A DNA stretch of 64,000 nt from Candidatus Lustribacter sp. (GCA_965277805.1 OZ255842.1:2496001-2560000); one strand, 5' to 3'. Numbered from the stretch's first letter, positions 20,470 through 30,531 are shown. The notes: generated by a model from the sequence alone, not told the origin. Numbers and translations: made by a program.

Positions 20470-21248
20470 GCCGCGGGTCGCAGAACGCGGGCGAAAAACG
20501 CGCGCACGCGTCCGCTGGCGTCGATGCCGGCCGCCGAGGCGAGCGCATCGCCCTCGGCAAGATACGCGCGCGCCGTCGCGAGGGACGCGACCGCCGGCAG
20601 CGGCCAGCTTCGGGTGTTCGGATCGCTCTGCACGTGGCTTTCTATTTGCAGCGCCATGCCGGACGTCCGGCCGAGCCGAGCATAGGCCTGCGTCCGTTCA
20701 AGAGGCGCACCGGCAACCAGCGCGCCCAATTCGCAGGCAACGGCGAAGAGCGCCGCCTTGCCGCCGATCATCTCGATGTACGCGGCGTCGGCGGGAGCGC
20801 GGCTGCCGGTGAACCCGATCTCTTGCGCTTGGCCCGCGCAGAGGTCAAAATTCGCGGCTTGCAGCGCGCGCGTCATCAGCACCGTCTGCTCGGGCGGCCG
20901 GCGCGAGGGACCCTCGAGCAGCTGCAGGTACGCCATCGCGCAGAGCGCATCGCCGGCGTTGATCCCGTGCGCGAGGCCGAACAGCGAACGCGAGCCGTCC
21001 TCGACCGCGTCGTGCACGAGCGTGGAGTTGTGCAAGATCTCGACCGCGCTCGCGACGTCGAGTCCGCGCTCGGCGGAGCCGCCCTCCTCGGCGACGACCT
21101 CGAGCACCAACTGCATGCGCAAGCGCTGGTGCGCGCCGGCCGCATCGCCGGCGTAACCGAAATGATGGTGCACCTGCGGCGTCACCGGGCTCGTGCCGTC
21201 GAACCGGCGTATCGCCGCTTCGAGCGCAGCCTCCAGACTATCCGCCAT
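20466..21248 (-). CDS. polyprenyl synthetase family protein with degenerate active site
   Basis: VEILHNSTLVHDAVED, INAGD, GQ, MIGGKAALF, GMALQI; both DDxxD motifs eroded. Confidence 0.78.
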   Translation of the reverse strand: MADSLEAALEAAIRRFDGTSPVTPQVHHHFGYAGDAAGAHQRLRMQLVLEVVAEEGGSAERGLDVASAVEILHNSTLVHDAVEDGSRSLFGLAHGINAGDALCAMAYLQLLEGPSRRPPEQTVLMTRALQAANFDLCAGQAQEIGFTGSRAPADAAYIEMIGGKAALFAVACELGALVAGAPLERTQAYARLGRTSGMALQIESHVQSDPNTRSWPLPAVASLATARAYLAEGDALASAAGIDASGRVRAFFARVLRPAA

Positions 21249-21843
21249 TACCACCGATCGACTCCTCGAGCGCCCGGATCCGGCGCATGATCTCTTCCGT
21301 CCACTTCTCCAAGTCGTCGCCGTCCGCTTTCCGCTTCCGCTCGACGTGGATCGGTTCGCCGTAGATGACCTGAATGCGGTGAAACGGCCGGGCATGCCGC
21401 GTCCCGGAGATCGCGGCCGGTACCACGGGCGCGCCCGAAAGTGCTCCCAGCAGCGCGGCCCCGCCCTTGCCCTGGACGTCGCCGGTCAAGTTGCGGGTGC
21501 CCTCGGGGAAGATTCCGACACAGCGGCCATCCTTAAGAGCGCGCAGGGCAGCGCGGACCGCGGCCACCCCGCCCGCCTCGCGATCCAGCGGATAGACCCC
21601 GAGCCCCACGATGATCGGGCCGAGGATGGGGATTGCGAAGAGCTCCTTCTTCGCAAGATACGTGACCGGGCGCCGGAACCCGATGCCCAGCACCACCGGG
21701 TCGAGGTACGAAACGTGATTGCAGGCCACGATCACCGGGCCCGTCGCGGGCACGTTCTCGGATCCCATCGCGCGAAAGCCGTAGATGACCCCGACCAGCA
21801 GGCGGCAGATCTTCCGGCTGACCCGGTAAAAGGGCAGGTTCAC
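21238..21843 (-). CDS. plsC: 1-acyl-sn-glycerol-3-phosphate acyltransferase
   Basis: NHVSYLD, AKKEL, FPEGTR. Confidence 0.92.
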   Translation of the reverse strand: MNLPFYRVSRKICRLLVGVIYGFRAMGSENVPATGPVIVACNHVSYLDPVVLGIGFRRPVTYLAKKELFAIPILGPIIVGLGVYPLDREAGGVAAVRAALRALKDGRCVGIFPEGTRNLTGDVQGKGGAALLGALSGAPVVPAAISGTRHARPFHRIQVIYGEPIHVERKRKADGDDLEKWTEEIMRRIRALEESIGGNGG

Positions 21844-22517
21844 GGCGCCGCTTCGATGATCGCCCGCATTTGCCGCAAGACGTCGCCGGCTTGCAGGGCC
21901 GTCGAATCGATCACGACCGCGTCGCTGGCCGCGCGCAGCGGCGCGACGGCGCGGTTTTGGTCCAGCCGGTCGCGTTCCTCGATCTGCTCGCGAACTTCAT
22001 CGATGCCCACGTCGAGCCCGCGTTCGGCGAACTCTTTGGCGCGCCGGTCGGCCCGCTCTTCAACCGAAGCGGTCAGATAAAACTTGAAGCGCGCGTCGGG
22101 CAGCACGACCGTCCCGATGTCGCGGCCGGCCATGACGACCGGGCCTTCCTCGGCGATCGCGCGCTGTTCGGCCACCATGGCGGTTCGTACGCCGGGCAGC
22201 GCCGCCACGGTCGAGACCGCCGATGACACCTCGGGGTCGAACAACTTCGTGCCGGTATCCGCGCCGTCGATCTCGACGCGATAGCCCGCGCTTGCGGTCT
22301 CGTCGGGCACCAGGCGAATGCGATGATGCTCGATCAGCGCCAGAATGGCACGTTCATTATCGAGGTCGACACCAAAGTGAAGGGCCAGATACGCGGCGCC
22401 GCGGTACATCGCGCCGGTGTCGAGATAGAGGTGCCCGAGCGAGGCTGCCAGCGCTCGCGCTGCAACGGTTTTTCCGCTTGCTACCGGTCCGTCGATCGCT
22501 ACGTGTCGATTCGCCAT
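21840..22517 (-). CDS. cmk: cytidylate kinase
   Basis: IDGPVASGKT, DTGAMYR, GRDIGTVVLPDA, RDRLD. Confidence 0.96.
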   Translation of the reverse strand: MANRHVAIDGPVASGKTVAARALAASLGHLYLDTGAMYRGAAYLALHFGVDLDNERAILALIEHHRIRLVPDETASAGYRVEIDGADTGTKLFDPEVSSAVSTVAALPGVRTAMVAEQRAIAEEGPVVMAGRDIGTVVLPDARFKFYLTASVEERADRRAKEFAERGLDVGIDEVREQIEERDRLDQNRAVAPLRAASDAVVIDSTALQAGDVLRQMRAIIEAAP

Positions 22518-22601
22518 CCCGGGCGAGCGTATTGGATACCGGCAGAGGAAAATCAGTTTCGGCCCCGGACGTTGGCTAGTGTGAACCCCGGACGAAATGA
22601 G

Positions 22602-23714
22602 ATGTACAACGCCAACGCCCTCAAGATCGGCCTGTTCGGCGCCAACTGTTCCTCGGGCCGCGCCGTTACGCTGTTACCTGAGCGTTGGCTGGCATCGTGG
22701 CGCGACAATCTGGCGCTTGCGCAGATGGCCGACGCCGCCGGCATCGACTTCCTGCTCCCGATCGGGCGCTGGAAAGGCTACGGCGGCGACACCGACTATC
22801 AGGGTGCCACGTTCGAGACGATCACGTGGGCGACCGGATTGCTCGCGGCGACCGATCGCATCACGGTGTTCGGCACCGTGCACGCGCCGCTGTTTCCGCC
22901 GATCATCGCCGCGAAGCAAATCGTCACCGCCGATCACGTCGGCGAAGGCCGCTTCGGACTCAACATCGTGTGCGGATGGAACGAGGGTGAGTTCGACATG
23001 TTCGGCGTGCAGCCGGGCGATCACGAACGGCGCTACGCACAAGGCCAGGAATGGATCGATGCGCTGCAGCGCATCTGGACCGAAAACGATTTCGACTTCG
23101 ACGGTGACTTCTTCCACCTGCACGGCGTCCGTGCAAAACCCAAACCGTGGAACGAGACGCGTCCCCTGATGATGAACGCCGGCAGTTCACCCGAAGGCAA
23201 GGCCTTCGCTATCCGCAACTGCGATGCGCTCTTCACCACTGCCCGGCGCGCCAATCATGTCGAGGCAAAATTCGAGGAGGCCGCGCACGACGTCGCCGAG
23301 GCGAAGGCGCAAGCGCGCGCGCAAGGCCACGAGATCGGCGTGTATACGGTCGGCGTGATCACGCTGCGGCCGACGCAACGCGAAGCCGAAGAGTACGCGC
23401 GCCACGTCGACGAGAACACCGATTGGAGTGCCGTCGACGCGATCATGGAATTGAAGGGCCTCAACGACCGCCCGCCTGAAATTCGCGAGCGGATTCGCGC
23501 CGGCTATGCGCGCGGCATGGGCGGGCTGCCGATTATCGGCGATCCGGACACCGTGGCTGCCTACTTGGCCGAGCTCGCAAGCGCAGGCTTCAACGGCGTC
23601 GGCGTTTCGTTCATCAACTACCTCGACGAACTGCCGTACTTCCGCGACGAAGTGCTGCCGCGGCTCGAACGGCTCGGCCTGCGCGCCCCGCTCGCCGTCG
23701 GAGCCGCCTCATGA
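22602..23714 (+). CDS. LLM-class flavin-dependent monooxygenase
   Basis: FLLPIGRWKGYGG, GRFGLNIVCGW, NAGSSPEG. Confidence 0.9.
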   Translation: MYNANALKIGLFGANCSSGRAVTLLPERWLASWRDNLALAQMADAAGIDFLLPIGRWKGYGGDTDYQGATFETITWATGLLAATDRITVFGTVHAPLFPPIIAAKQIVTADHVGEGRFGLNIVCGWNEGEFDMFGVQPGDHERRYAQGQEWIDALQRIWTENDFDFDGDFFHLHGVRAKPKPWNETRPLMMNAGSSPEGKAFAIRNCDALFTTARRANHVEAKFEEAAHDVAEAKAQARAQGHEIGVYTVGVITLRPTQREAEEYARHVDENTDWSAVDAIMELKGLNDRPPEIRERIRAGYARGMGGLPIIGDPDTVAAYLAELASAGFNGVGVSFINYLDELPYFRDEVLPRLERLGLRAPLAVGAAS

Positions 23715-24427
23715 CCGCCATCAACTACGGTTCGCGCGCGAAACTCGGGATGATGTTCCCGTCGTCAAATACGATTGCCGAACCGCAGATCTCGGCCATG
23801 CTGCCGGCCGGCGTTTCGCTGCACACGACGCGCCTGCGCTTACGCAACGGGCGCGATGCGATGGGGATGCTCGAGCGGCTCGAAGAGGCGACGGAGCTGC
23901 TGGCGGACGGCGGCGTCGACCGGCTGATCTTTCACTGCACCGCCGTCACCACGTCATCGCCCGGCATTTCCGCCGACATTGCCAAGCGCGTCGCCGCGAT
24001 CACGCCCACGCCGCTCACGATCACCTCGGATGCGATCGTCGAAGCGCTGCGCGTGCTCGGCGCGAGCAAGGTCGTGATGGTCACGCCCTACGAGCAGGTC
24101 GTCAACGACACCGAAGTCGCGTTTCTCGCCCACCACAACATCACGGTGTTGCGCGAGATCGGCCTGGGTCTCTCCGGCGGACGCGAGATGGGCGAGATCA
24201 CGCCCGAGCAGTGGGTGAGCGAAACGGTCGCGCTGCGCGATCCGGCGGCCGACGCCTACTTTCTCAGTTGCACGGCGATCCGATCGGCCGACGTGATCGA
24301 CACGCTGGAAGACGCGCTCGGCAAACCCGTGATCACCAGCAATCAAGCTACGTTGTGGCGCGCGCTGCGCGAGAGCGGCATCAACGATTCAATTTCCGGC
24401 TTCGGCCGTCTACTACGAGATTTCTAA
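23711..24427 (+). CDS. maleate cis-trans isomerase / Asp-Glu racemase family protein
   Basis: PSSNT, FHCT and LSCT catalytic cysteines, TPY, VITSNQA. Confidence 0.88.
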   Translation: MTAINYGSRAKLGMMFPSSNTIAEPQISAMLPAGVSLHTTRLRLRNGRDAMGMLERLEEATELLADGGVDRLIFHCTAVTTSSPGISADIAKRVAAITPTPLTITSDAIVEALRVLGASKVVMVTPYEQVVNDTEVAFLAHHNITVLREIGLGLSGGREMGEITPEQWVSETVALRDPAADAYFLSCTAIRSADVIDTLEDALGKPVITSNQATLWRALRESGINDSISGFGRLLRDF

Positions 24428-24454
24428 CACCGGTATTAAGGAGCGACAACGAAC

Positions 24455-26212
24455 ATGACTGAGATGGGCTGGGGCAGCGATGCGATCGCGCAACTCCTGC
24501 GCGATCTGAAACTCGATTATGCGGCGCTCGTGCCCGGCTCGAGCTACCGCGGATTGCACGACAGCTTCGTGAACTACCTCGAGGCCGAGGATCCGAAAAT
24601 GCTCGTGTGCTTGCACGAAGAGCACACGATCGCGATCGCGCACGGCTATGCCAAGGTGACGGAAAAACCGATGCTGGCAGTCATTCACGCCAACGTCGGT
24701 TTGATGCACGCCACGATGGCGTTCTACGGCGCGTGGTGCGACCGCGTGCCGGTTGTGGTGCTCGGGGCCAACGGTCCGCACGATGCCGCCAAGCGCCGTC
24801 CGTGGATCGACTGGATTCACACCTCGCGCGATCCGGCGGCGCTCGTGCGCCACTACACGAAGTGGGACGACGAACCGGGATCGGTCACGGCATGCCTCGA
24901 TTCGATCACGCGCGCGTACAAAATCGCGACGACCGCGCCGCATGGCCCCACCTACGTCGTGCTCGACGTTGCGATGCAAGAAGAGAAGCTCGCGAAGCCG
25001 TTGCCGATGCCGAAGCTCGAACGCTTCACCGCACCGCAAGTTCCGGTGGCGGCACCGGCCGACGTGAAGAAAGCCGTCGAGATCATGAAAGCCGCGAAGA
25101 AGCCGCTGATCATGATCGGCCGCATGTCGCGTAACGTCGAAGCCTTCAACGAGCGCGTCGCACTGGCCGAAGCTCTGAATGCGCGCGTGATCTCCGACCT
25201 GCGCTGCGGCGCCGTGTTCCCGACCAAACATCCGCTGCACGTCGGCAAATCGGCGATGCGCCTGACGCAAGACGGTCTCGACGCGGTGCGCGACGCCGAC
25301 GCGATCCTGTGCCTCGAACCGCTCGATCTGGGCGGCGTCATCACGACGGCGTTCGGCAGTGAATCGCCCACGGCGAAGATCGTCAACGTCTCGATGGACT
25401 TCTACGTGCACAACGGCGCGATGATGGATCATCAGGCCATCGCACCGGCCGACCTGCACCTCGCGGTCGAGACGGATCCGTTCGTGAAGTCGATGCTGGC
25501 CGAACTCGGCAATCCGAAACCCAAAGCCGCGGCGACCAACGGTGCGGCGAAGGTCAAACCCTCGGCGAACGGCACGGCGACCGGCGAGATGGGACTGAAG
25601 TCGTTCTGCGACGGCGTCGCCGAAGCGTTTGCCGGACGCGAGGTGTGTTTCAGCCGCGTTCCGCTCGGCCTCAACGACGGCTCGCCGTTCGACTTCACGC
25701 ACCCGCTCGATTTTCTCGGCGGCGACGGCGCGGGCGGCGTAGGCGCGGGTCCGGGCCTCGCGGTGGGCGCGGCGCTGGGGTGCCTCGGCACCGGCCGCAT
25801 GCCGGTGGCGATTCTCGGCGACGGCGACTACCTCATGGGCCTCACCGCGCTGTGGACGGCGGTGGCGAACAAGATTCCGCTGCTCGTCATCATCGCCAAC
25901 AACAACTGCTACAACAACGACGTCGCCCATCAAGACCGCATCGCGCGCCAACGCTCGCGGCCGGTCGAGCGCAAGTGGATCGGTCAGATGATCGCCGATC
26001 CGAAGCCTGATCTGGCAATGCTCGCGCGCGGTCAGGGCGCGATCGGTATCGGGCGGGTCGAACGCCGCGAAGATCTCGGCGCCGCCATCGCCGAGGGCAT
26101 CAAGCACGTCGACGAAGGCAAGGTGTGCGTGATCGACGTGTACGTCTCGCCCGATCTCGACGAACGCCGCAAAGCCGAAGCCGCGGCCGCCAAAGAACCG
26201 AGCGCGCGGTAA
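24455..26212 (+). CDS. thiamine diphosphate-dependent enzyme (acetolactate synthase-like/decarboxylase family)
   Basis: PGSSYRGLHDS, HEE, GDGDYLM...NN ThDP motif. Confidence 0.9.
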   Translation: MTEMGWGSDAIAQLLRDLKLDYAALVPGSSYRGLHDSFVNYLEAEDPKMLVCLHEEHTIAIAHGYAKVTEKPMLAVIHANVGLMHATMAFYGAWCDRVPVVVLGANGPHDAAKRRPWIDWIHTSRDPAALVRHYTKWDDEPGSVTACLDSITRAYKIATTAPHGPTYVVLDVAMQEEKLAKPLPMPKLERFTAPQVPVAAPADVKKAVEIMKAAKKPLIMIGRMSRNVEAFNERVALAEALNARVISDLRCGAVFPTKHPLHVGKSAMRLTQDGLDAVRDADAILCLEPLDLGGVITTAFGSESPTAKIVNVSMDFYVHNGAMMDHQAIAPADLHLAVETDPFVKSMLAELGNPKPKAAATNGAAKVKPSANGTATGEMGLKSFCDGVAEAFAGREVCFSRVPLGLNDGSPFDFTHPLDFLGGDGAGGVGAGPGLAVGAALGCLGTGRMPVAILGDGDYLMGLTALWTAVANKIPLLVIIANNNCYNNDVAHQDRIARQRSRPVERKWIGQMIADPKPDLAMLARGQGAIGIGRVERREDLGAAIAEGIKHVDEGKVCVIDVYVSPDLDERRKAEAAAAKEPSAR

Positions 26213-26235
26213 CGCCCGCAGTTACGGTTCCGCCG

Positions 26236-26763
26236 TTGGTGCGCGCGCTGGCCGCTTGTGCGTCCGCGCGCGCGCCGATCGGCCTCGACGACGAGTTCAT
26301 CGCGGTCCTCACAGCCGCCGTCCGCCGGATGGACGCGGCCGACCGCGACTACCGGGCGGCGATCGAAGCGCAGCTGCCCGCACCGAAGGCGGCATCGCTG
26401 CTGCAGGCGATGGCGCGTTTTCGCGCCGATGTAGCGGCCGTGCGCGAACGGACGCGCATCGCGACGGAGTACGGCGACTTCGATCCGCTCGACACCTACG
26501 TGCCGGCGATCCCGGCCTCGCACGCCCACGCGGTGCGAGCGGCCAACACGGCTGATCTCGCCCGGAGTGAAGTTGCGCAATTGCGCGCGCAAGCCAACGC
26601 GCGCATCGGGGAACTGCTCGACCGGGATGAGATCGTGCGGTTGACCGAAGCCAAACGGGTGCGTAATGCGGCCTTCGACAAAGCGATTCGCAGCGCCGTG
26701 CCCGCCGGCACGAGCGACGGCATCGCAACGCACCTCATGCTCCTCGCCGACGGGTGGTACTAA
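26236..26763 (+). CDS. hypothetical alpha-helical protein
   Basis: ORF filling the gap between two co-oriented genes, stop abutting the next ATG; start uncertain. Confidence 0.55.
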   Translation: MVRALAACASARAPIGLDDEFIAVLTAAVRRMDAADRDYRAAIEAQLPAPKAASLLQAMARFRADVAAVRERTRIATEYGDFDPLDTYVPAIPASHAHAVRAANTADLARSEVAQLRAQANARIGELLDRDEIVRLTEAKRVRNAAFDKAIRSAVPAGTSDGIATHLMLLADGWY

Positions 26764-26764
26764 G

Positions 26765-27727
26765 ATGAACCTGCGTTTCGCCGTGCTGCTCGCGGGTCTC
26801 GCGCTCGCCGCCGGACCGGCGACGCTCGGCGCGCAAGATCTGCCGGTCGTGCGCGTCGGCGACTTGGGCTATACCGATGCATCCTCCGAGCCGCTGTACG
26901 GCGCGGCCGCGGGCATCTTCCGCCGCGACGGGCTCGACGTCAAGGTGACCGTGCTCAATGGCGGCGGCGCGATCATTGCCGCGATCGCCGGCGGCTCGCT
27001 CGAGGCGGGCTTCTCCAACGCCGTGTCGGCCGCACAGGCGATCGAGCGCGGCATCCCGATCGTCGTGCTCACGCCGGCAGCTGAGTATCCGGCACAAAAA
27101 TCCGATACGCTGCTGGTGAAAGCGCGCGGTTCGAAACTCAAATCCGCCGCCGATCTCAACGGCAAGATCGTGGCGGTGACGACGCTCGGCGGCGGTCTGC
27201 AAAATTCGGCGCGGCTGTGGATCGACAAGAACGGCGGCGATTCCAAGAGCGTGCACTTTCTCGAATTGCCCTTCACCGAAATGGCGGCGGCACTCAAAGC
27301 CGGCCGCATCGATGCCGCGATGCTCGCCGAACCCGTGCTGACGCAAAGCCGCGCCGACGTGGAGATGCTCGGCGATCCGTTCAGCGCGGTCGCGCCGCGC
27401 TGGACCATCGGCGTGTTCGTCGCCTCGAAGGCGTGGGCGACCGCCAATCCCGATCAAGCCCGGCGCTTCGTGCAGGGGATGTACGACACGGCGCATTGGG
27501 CCAACACCCATCACGCAGAAACGGCGAAGATCGCCGCGCCGCTGGCAAACATCGACCTCGCGACGTTCTCGATCATGGCCCGCTCGCGCTTCGGAGATGC
27601 GCTGACCGCACCGCTGCTGCAGCCCGAACTCGATCAAGCGCTGCAAGCCGGTCAGCTGAAAGCGCCGGCCGATGCGGCGCAATGGGTCGCCGATGCGCAA
27701 CCGTACTGGCGCGGTCTCAGACGCTAA
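26765..27727 (+). CDS. ABC transporter substrate-binding protein (SsuA/THI5-like)
   Basis: Signal peptide; GIFRRDGLDV, DLNGKIVAV, GRIDAAMLAEP. Confidence 0.85.
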   Translation: MNLRFAVLLAGLALAAGPATLGAQDLPVVRVGDLGYTDASSEPLYGAAAGIFRRDGLDVKVTVLNGGGAIIAAIAGGSLEAGFSNAVSAAQAIERGIPIVVLTPAAEYPAQKSDTLLVKARGSKLKSAADLNGKIVAVTTLGGGLQNSARLWIDKNGGDSKSVHFLELPFTEMAAALKAGRIDAAMLAEPVLTQSRADVEMLGDPFSAVAPRWTIGVFVASKAWATANPDQARRFVQGMYDTAHWANTHHAETAKIAAPLANIDLATFSIMARSRFGDALTAPLLQPELDQALQAGQLKAPADAAQWVADAQPYWRGLRR

Positions 27728-27731
27728 CACG

Positions 27732-28100
27732 ATGACGTTCGGACGTTTTTCAACCTTGCTCGGCGCGGTCTGCGTACTCGGGATCGGCGGCGGCGCGTTG
27801 CGCTGGCCGCAAAAGTCCACGCGCACGTACGGCATTCCCAACGACGACGCCGATACGCACGCCTACGTGCGTGCCGCCGCGGCACGCGATCTCGTCATGG
27901 GTGGCTTCGTGCTGTGGGCGGCAATCGCGAACGATCGGCCCGCCATGAAAGCCGGCCTGCTGGTGTGCACCCTCGCCCCGCTGGCCGATCTGCTTTTGGC
28001 TTACCAGCGGCGCGGAGCCATCCCGCAACTCGGCATTCACGGCGCGGGCGTGATCGGCGTGCTCACCGCTTGGGCGATCGTGAACGCGGAGCCGGCCTAG
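27732..28100 (+). CDS. DUF4267-like membrane protein
   Basis: YGIP, ARDLVMG, PLAD, IHG motifs with TM helices. Confidence 0.7.
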   Translation: MTFGRFSTLLGAVCVLGIGGGALRWPQKSTRTYGIPNDDADTHAYVRAAAARDLVMGGFVLWAAIANDRPAMKAGLLVCTLAPLADLLLAYQRRGAIPQLGIHGAGVIGVLTAWAIVNAEPA

Positions 28101-29413
28101 TGGCCAAAGCCAAGACCGTTTTCAGCTGCTCTGCGTGCGGGCATAACTCCGCGCGCTGGCTCGGGCGTTGTCCGCAGTGCGAAGCGTGGAACTCGTTCGT
28201 CGAGGAAACCGTCACGCCGGCGAAGCTGCGCACCGCGCACGCGCGGCCGTCGAGCGGGCCCGTGCGGCTCTCCGAGATTGCGGAGGCGCGGTTCGCGCGC
28301 ATGCGCAGCGGCTTCGGCGAGTTCGATGCGCTGCTCGGCGGCGGCCTCGTCGCCGGCAGTTTGGTGCTGCTGGGCGGACCGCCGGGCGCCGGCAAGTCGA
28401 CGCTGTTGCTGCAGATCGTCAACGCACTCGCCGAACGCGGCGCGAGCGCAATCTACGTCTGCGGCGAGGAATCCGCCGCGCAGACGAAACTGCGCGCGGC
28501 GCGCATCGGCGCGACCGACGACCTGCTCGTGTTTCCCGAAACGAACTTGCGCGGGATCCTCGATGAATGCGAGCGGCGTTCGCCCGATGTGATCGTGATC
28601 GACTCGATCCAAACGATGTCGCTGCCCGAAGTCGAATCGTTCGCCGGCAGCGTCTCGCAAGTGCGCGATTGCACGCAAGCGCTGATGGAATTCGCCAAGC
28701 GCACGGGCTGCGCGGTGTTCATCGTCGGCCACGTCACGAAGGACGGCGCGATCGCCGGTCCGCGGCTGCTCGAGCATCTGGTCGACACCGTGCTCTACTT
28801 CGAAGGCGATTCGACCGGCGAATACCGCATCGTGCGCGCGTACAAAAACCGTTTCGGCGGCGTGGACGAGATCTGCGTCTTCTCGATGGACGACGCCGGC
28901 CTGCACGAGATCACCGACCCGTCGGCACTCTTTCTCGCCGAACGCGGCGAACGCCCGAGCGGATCGTGCGTGGTGCCGAGCGTCGTCGGCTCGCGTCCGG
29001 TGCTGGTCGAAGTGCAAGCCCTCGTCGGCGAAACGTCGTACGGCACGCCGCGCCGGCTCGCCACCAACGTCGATGCCGCGCGCCTCACGACGATCGTCGC
29101 GATTCTCGAACGGCGCGCCGGCATGCAGCTCGGCGGCCACGACATCTACTGCTCCGTCGCCGGCGGCTTACGCATCACCGAACCCGCCGCCGATCTCGGT
29201 ATCGCGCTCGCGATCGCCTCCGCGTTCCGCGACGTCCCGCTCGCGCGCAACGTCGCCGCCTTCGGCGAACTCGGCCTCTCAGGCGAAGTCCGCAACGTCT
29301 CACACACGATCCGCCGCGCCACCGAAGCCACCAAACTCGGCTTCACCCGCGTCATCGCCCCCGAAAACGCCAAAACCCTAGCCGCCGCCATAGACCTCGC
29401 CCTCGCCCGCTAA
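28100..29413 (+). CDS. radA: DNA repair protein RadA/Sms
   Basis: CSACG...WLGRCPQC zinc finger, GAGKSTLL, DSIQT, KNRFG, GELGLSGEVR. Confidence 0.97.
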   Translation: MAKAKTVFSCSACGHNSARWLGRCPQCEAWNSFVEETVTPAKLRTAHARPSSGPVRLSEIAEARFARMRSGFGEFDALLGGGLVAGSLVLLGGPPGAGKSTLLLQIVNALAERGASAIYVCGEESAAQTKLRAARIGATDDLLVFPETNLRGILDECERRSPDVIVIDSIQTMSLPEVESFAGSVSQVRDCTQALMEFAKRTGCAVFIVGHVTKDGAIAGPRLLEHLVDTVLYFEGDSTGEYRIVRAYKNRFGGVDEICVFSMDDAGLHEITDPSALFLAERGERPSGSCVVPSVVGSRPVLVEVQALVGETSYGTPRRLATNVDAARLTTIVAILERRAGMQLGGHDIYCSVAGGLRITEPAADLGIALAIASAFRDVPLARNVAAFGELGLSGEVRNVSHTIRRATEATKLGFTRVIAPENAKTLAAAIDLALAR

Positions 29414-29439
29414 CACACAAATGTCCATGTATACGCATA

Positions 29440-29627
29440 TGTCATTCCGAGCGGAGCGCCGGAGAGCGCGCAGACGAGGAAGCCGCCACGATCGTGCCTG
29501 ACGGCCAGGGCAATGCCGGCCTGTGTATTTCACACCACGCTTCCGCCCTACGGCGTCGGCACTCAACGACCAGCATCGTGGCGCGTTCCTCGACGACGCG
29601 CCATACGGCGCTCTCCTCGGAATGACA
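29440..29627. repeat. REP-like inverted pair with ~55-bp imperfect arms
   Basis: TGTCATTCCGAG at 29440 and CTCGGAATGACA ending at 29627; arms align over ~55 nt. Confidence 0.8.
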
Positions 29628-29642
29628 CAAGAAAAAACGTAA

Positions 29643-30488
29643 GTGGCGTTGTTCGAGATCGTCCCCAACATCAGCGAAGGCCGCGACGCCACGACCGTCG
29701 ATGCTGCAATTGCGGCGATGCAAGCGGAGGGCGTGCGCGTTATCCATCGCACCAGCGATGCCGTGCACCATCGCAGCGTCATCACCGCGGCCGGTTCGGC
29801 ATCACAAGTCGTCGCAGCCGCGGTCGTTCTCGCACGGGTGACGGCCGAACGCATCGACTTGCGCAACCATCGCGGCGAGCATCCCAGGATCGGCGCGTTG
29901 GACGTGCTGCCGTTCGTGCCGATCGGGGATGCGACGCTCGATGATGCGGTGACGCTCGCGCATCGGGCGGCGGCGCGCATCTGGCGCGAGTTGGGGATTC
30001 CGGCGCTGTTGTACGGGGCTGCTGCGAGTGCGCCGCATCGCGCGAATCTGGCCGACGTGCGGCGCGGGGAATTCGAGGGGCTCGCCGTGCGTTCGCGCGA
30101 TCCGCACTGGGCGTTCGATTACGGCGAAGAACCGCATCCGAGCGCGGGCGCGATCGCCGTCGGCGCGCGGCCGTTGCTGCTTGCGTTCAACGTCGACCTC
30201 GATTCCGGCGACCTAACGCTCGCGCGCTCGATCGCCCGCAGCCTGCGTGCACGCGACGGCGGCCTGGGCACGCTCAAGGCCCTCGGTATTCGCCTGGGGC
30301 CGGACGCGGTTCAGGTTTCGTTCAACCTTACGGACGTCGATGCGGTCCCGCTCTACCGCGTGCGCGAACTCGTCCGCCTAGCTGCCGCCCGGCGCGGCGT
30401 GCGCGTGCGCCGCAGCGAGCTGATCGGGCTCGCGCCGCGCCGGACGATCGTCCGCACCGCCCGCGCCTACCAAGCGGCCGCACCCTGA
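29643..30488 (+). CDS. ftcD: glutamate formimidoyltransferase (no cyclodeaminase domain)
   Basis: EIVPNISEGRD, HHRSVIT, HPRIGALDVLPF, VRRGEFE, QVSFNL, SELIGL. Confidence 0.9.
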   Translation: MALFEIVPNISEGRDATTVDAAIAAMQAEGVRVIHRTSDAVHHRSVITAAGSASQVVAAAVVLARVTAERIDLRNHRGEHPRIGALDVLPFVPIGDATLDDAVTLAHRAAARIWRELGIPALLYGAAASAPHRANLADVRRGEFEGLAVRSRDPHWAFDYGEEPHPSAGAIAVGARPLLLAFNVDLDSGDLTLARSIARSLRARDGGLGTLKALGIRLGPDAVQVSFNLTDVDAVPLYRVRELVRLAAARRGVRVRRSELIGLAPRRTIVRTARAYQAAAP

Positions 30489-30531
30489 GCGTGACTGCAT
30501 CCCCGCGCAGGCGCGGCGGTTCCCAGCGTAC

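Noticed and set aside
30507-30530. GCAGG-N15-CGTA ECF-like promoter motif shared with 63278-63301
   Set aside because: Only two copies, and this one ends 1 nt before the start codon, too close for a -10 element
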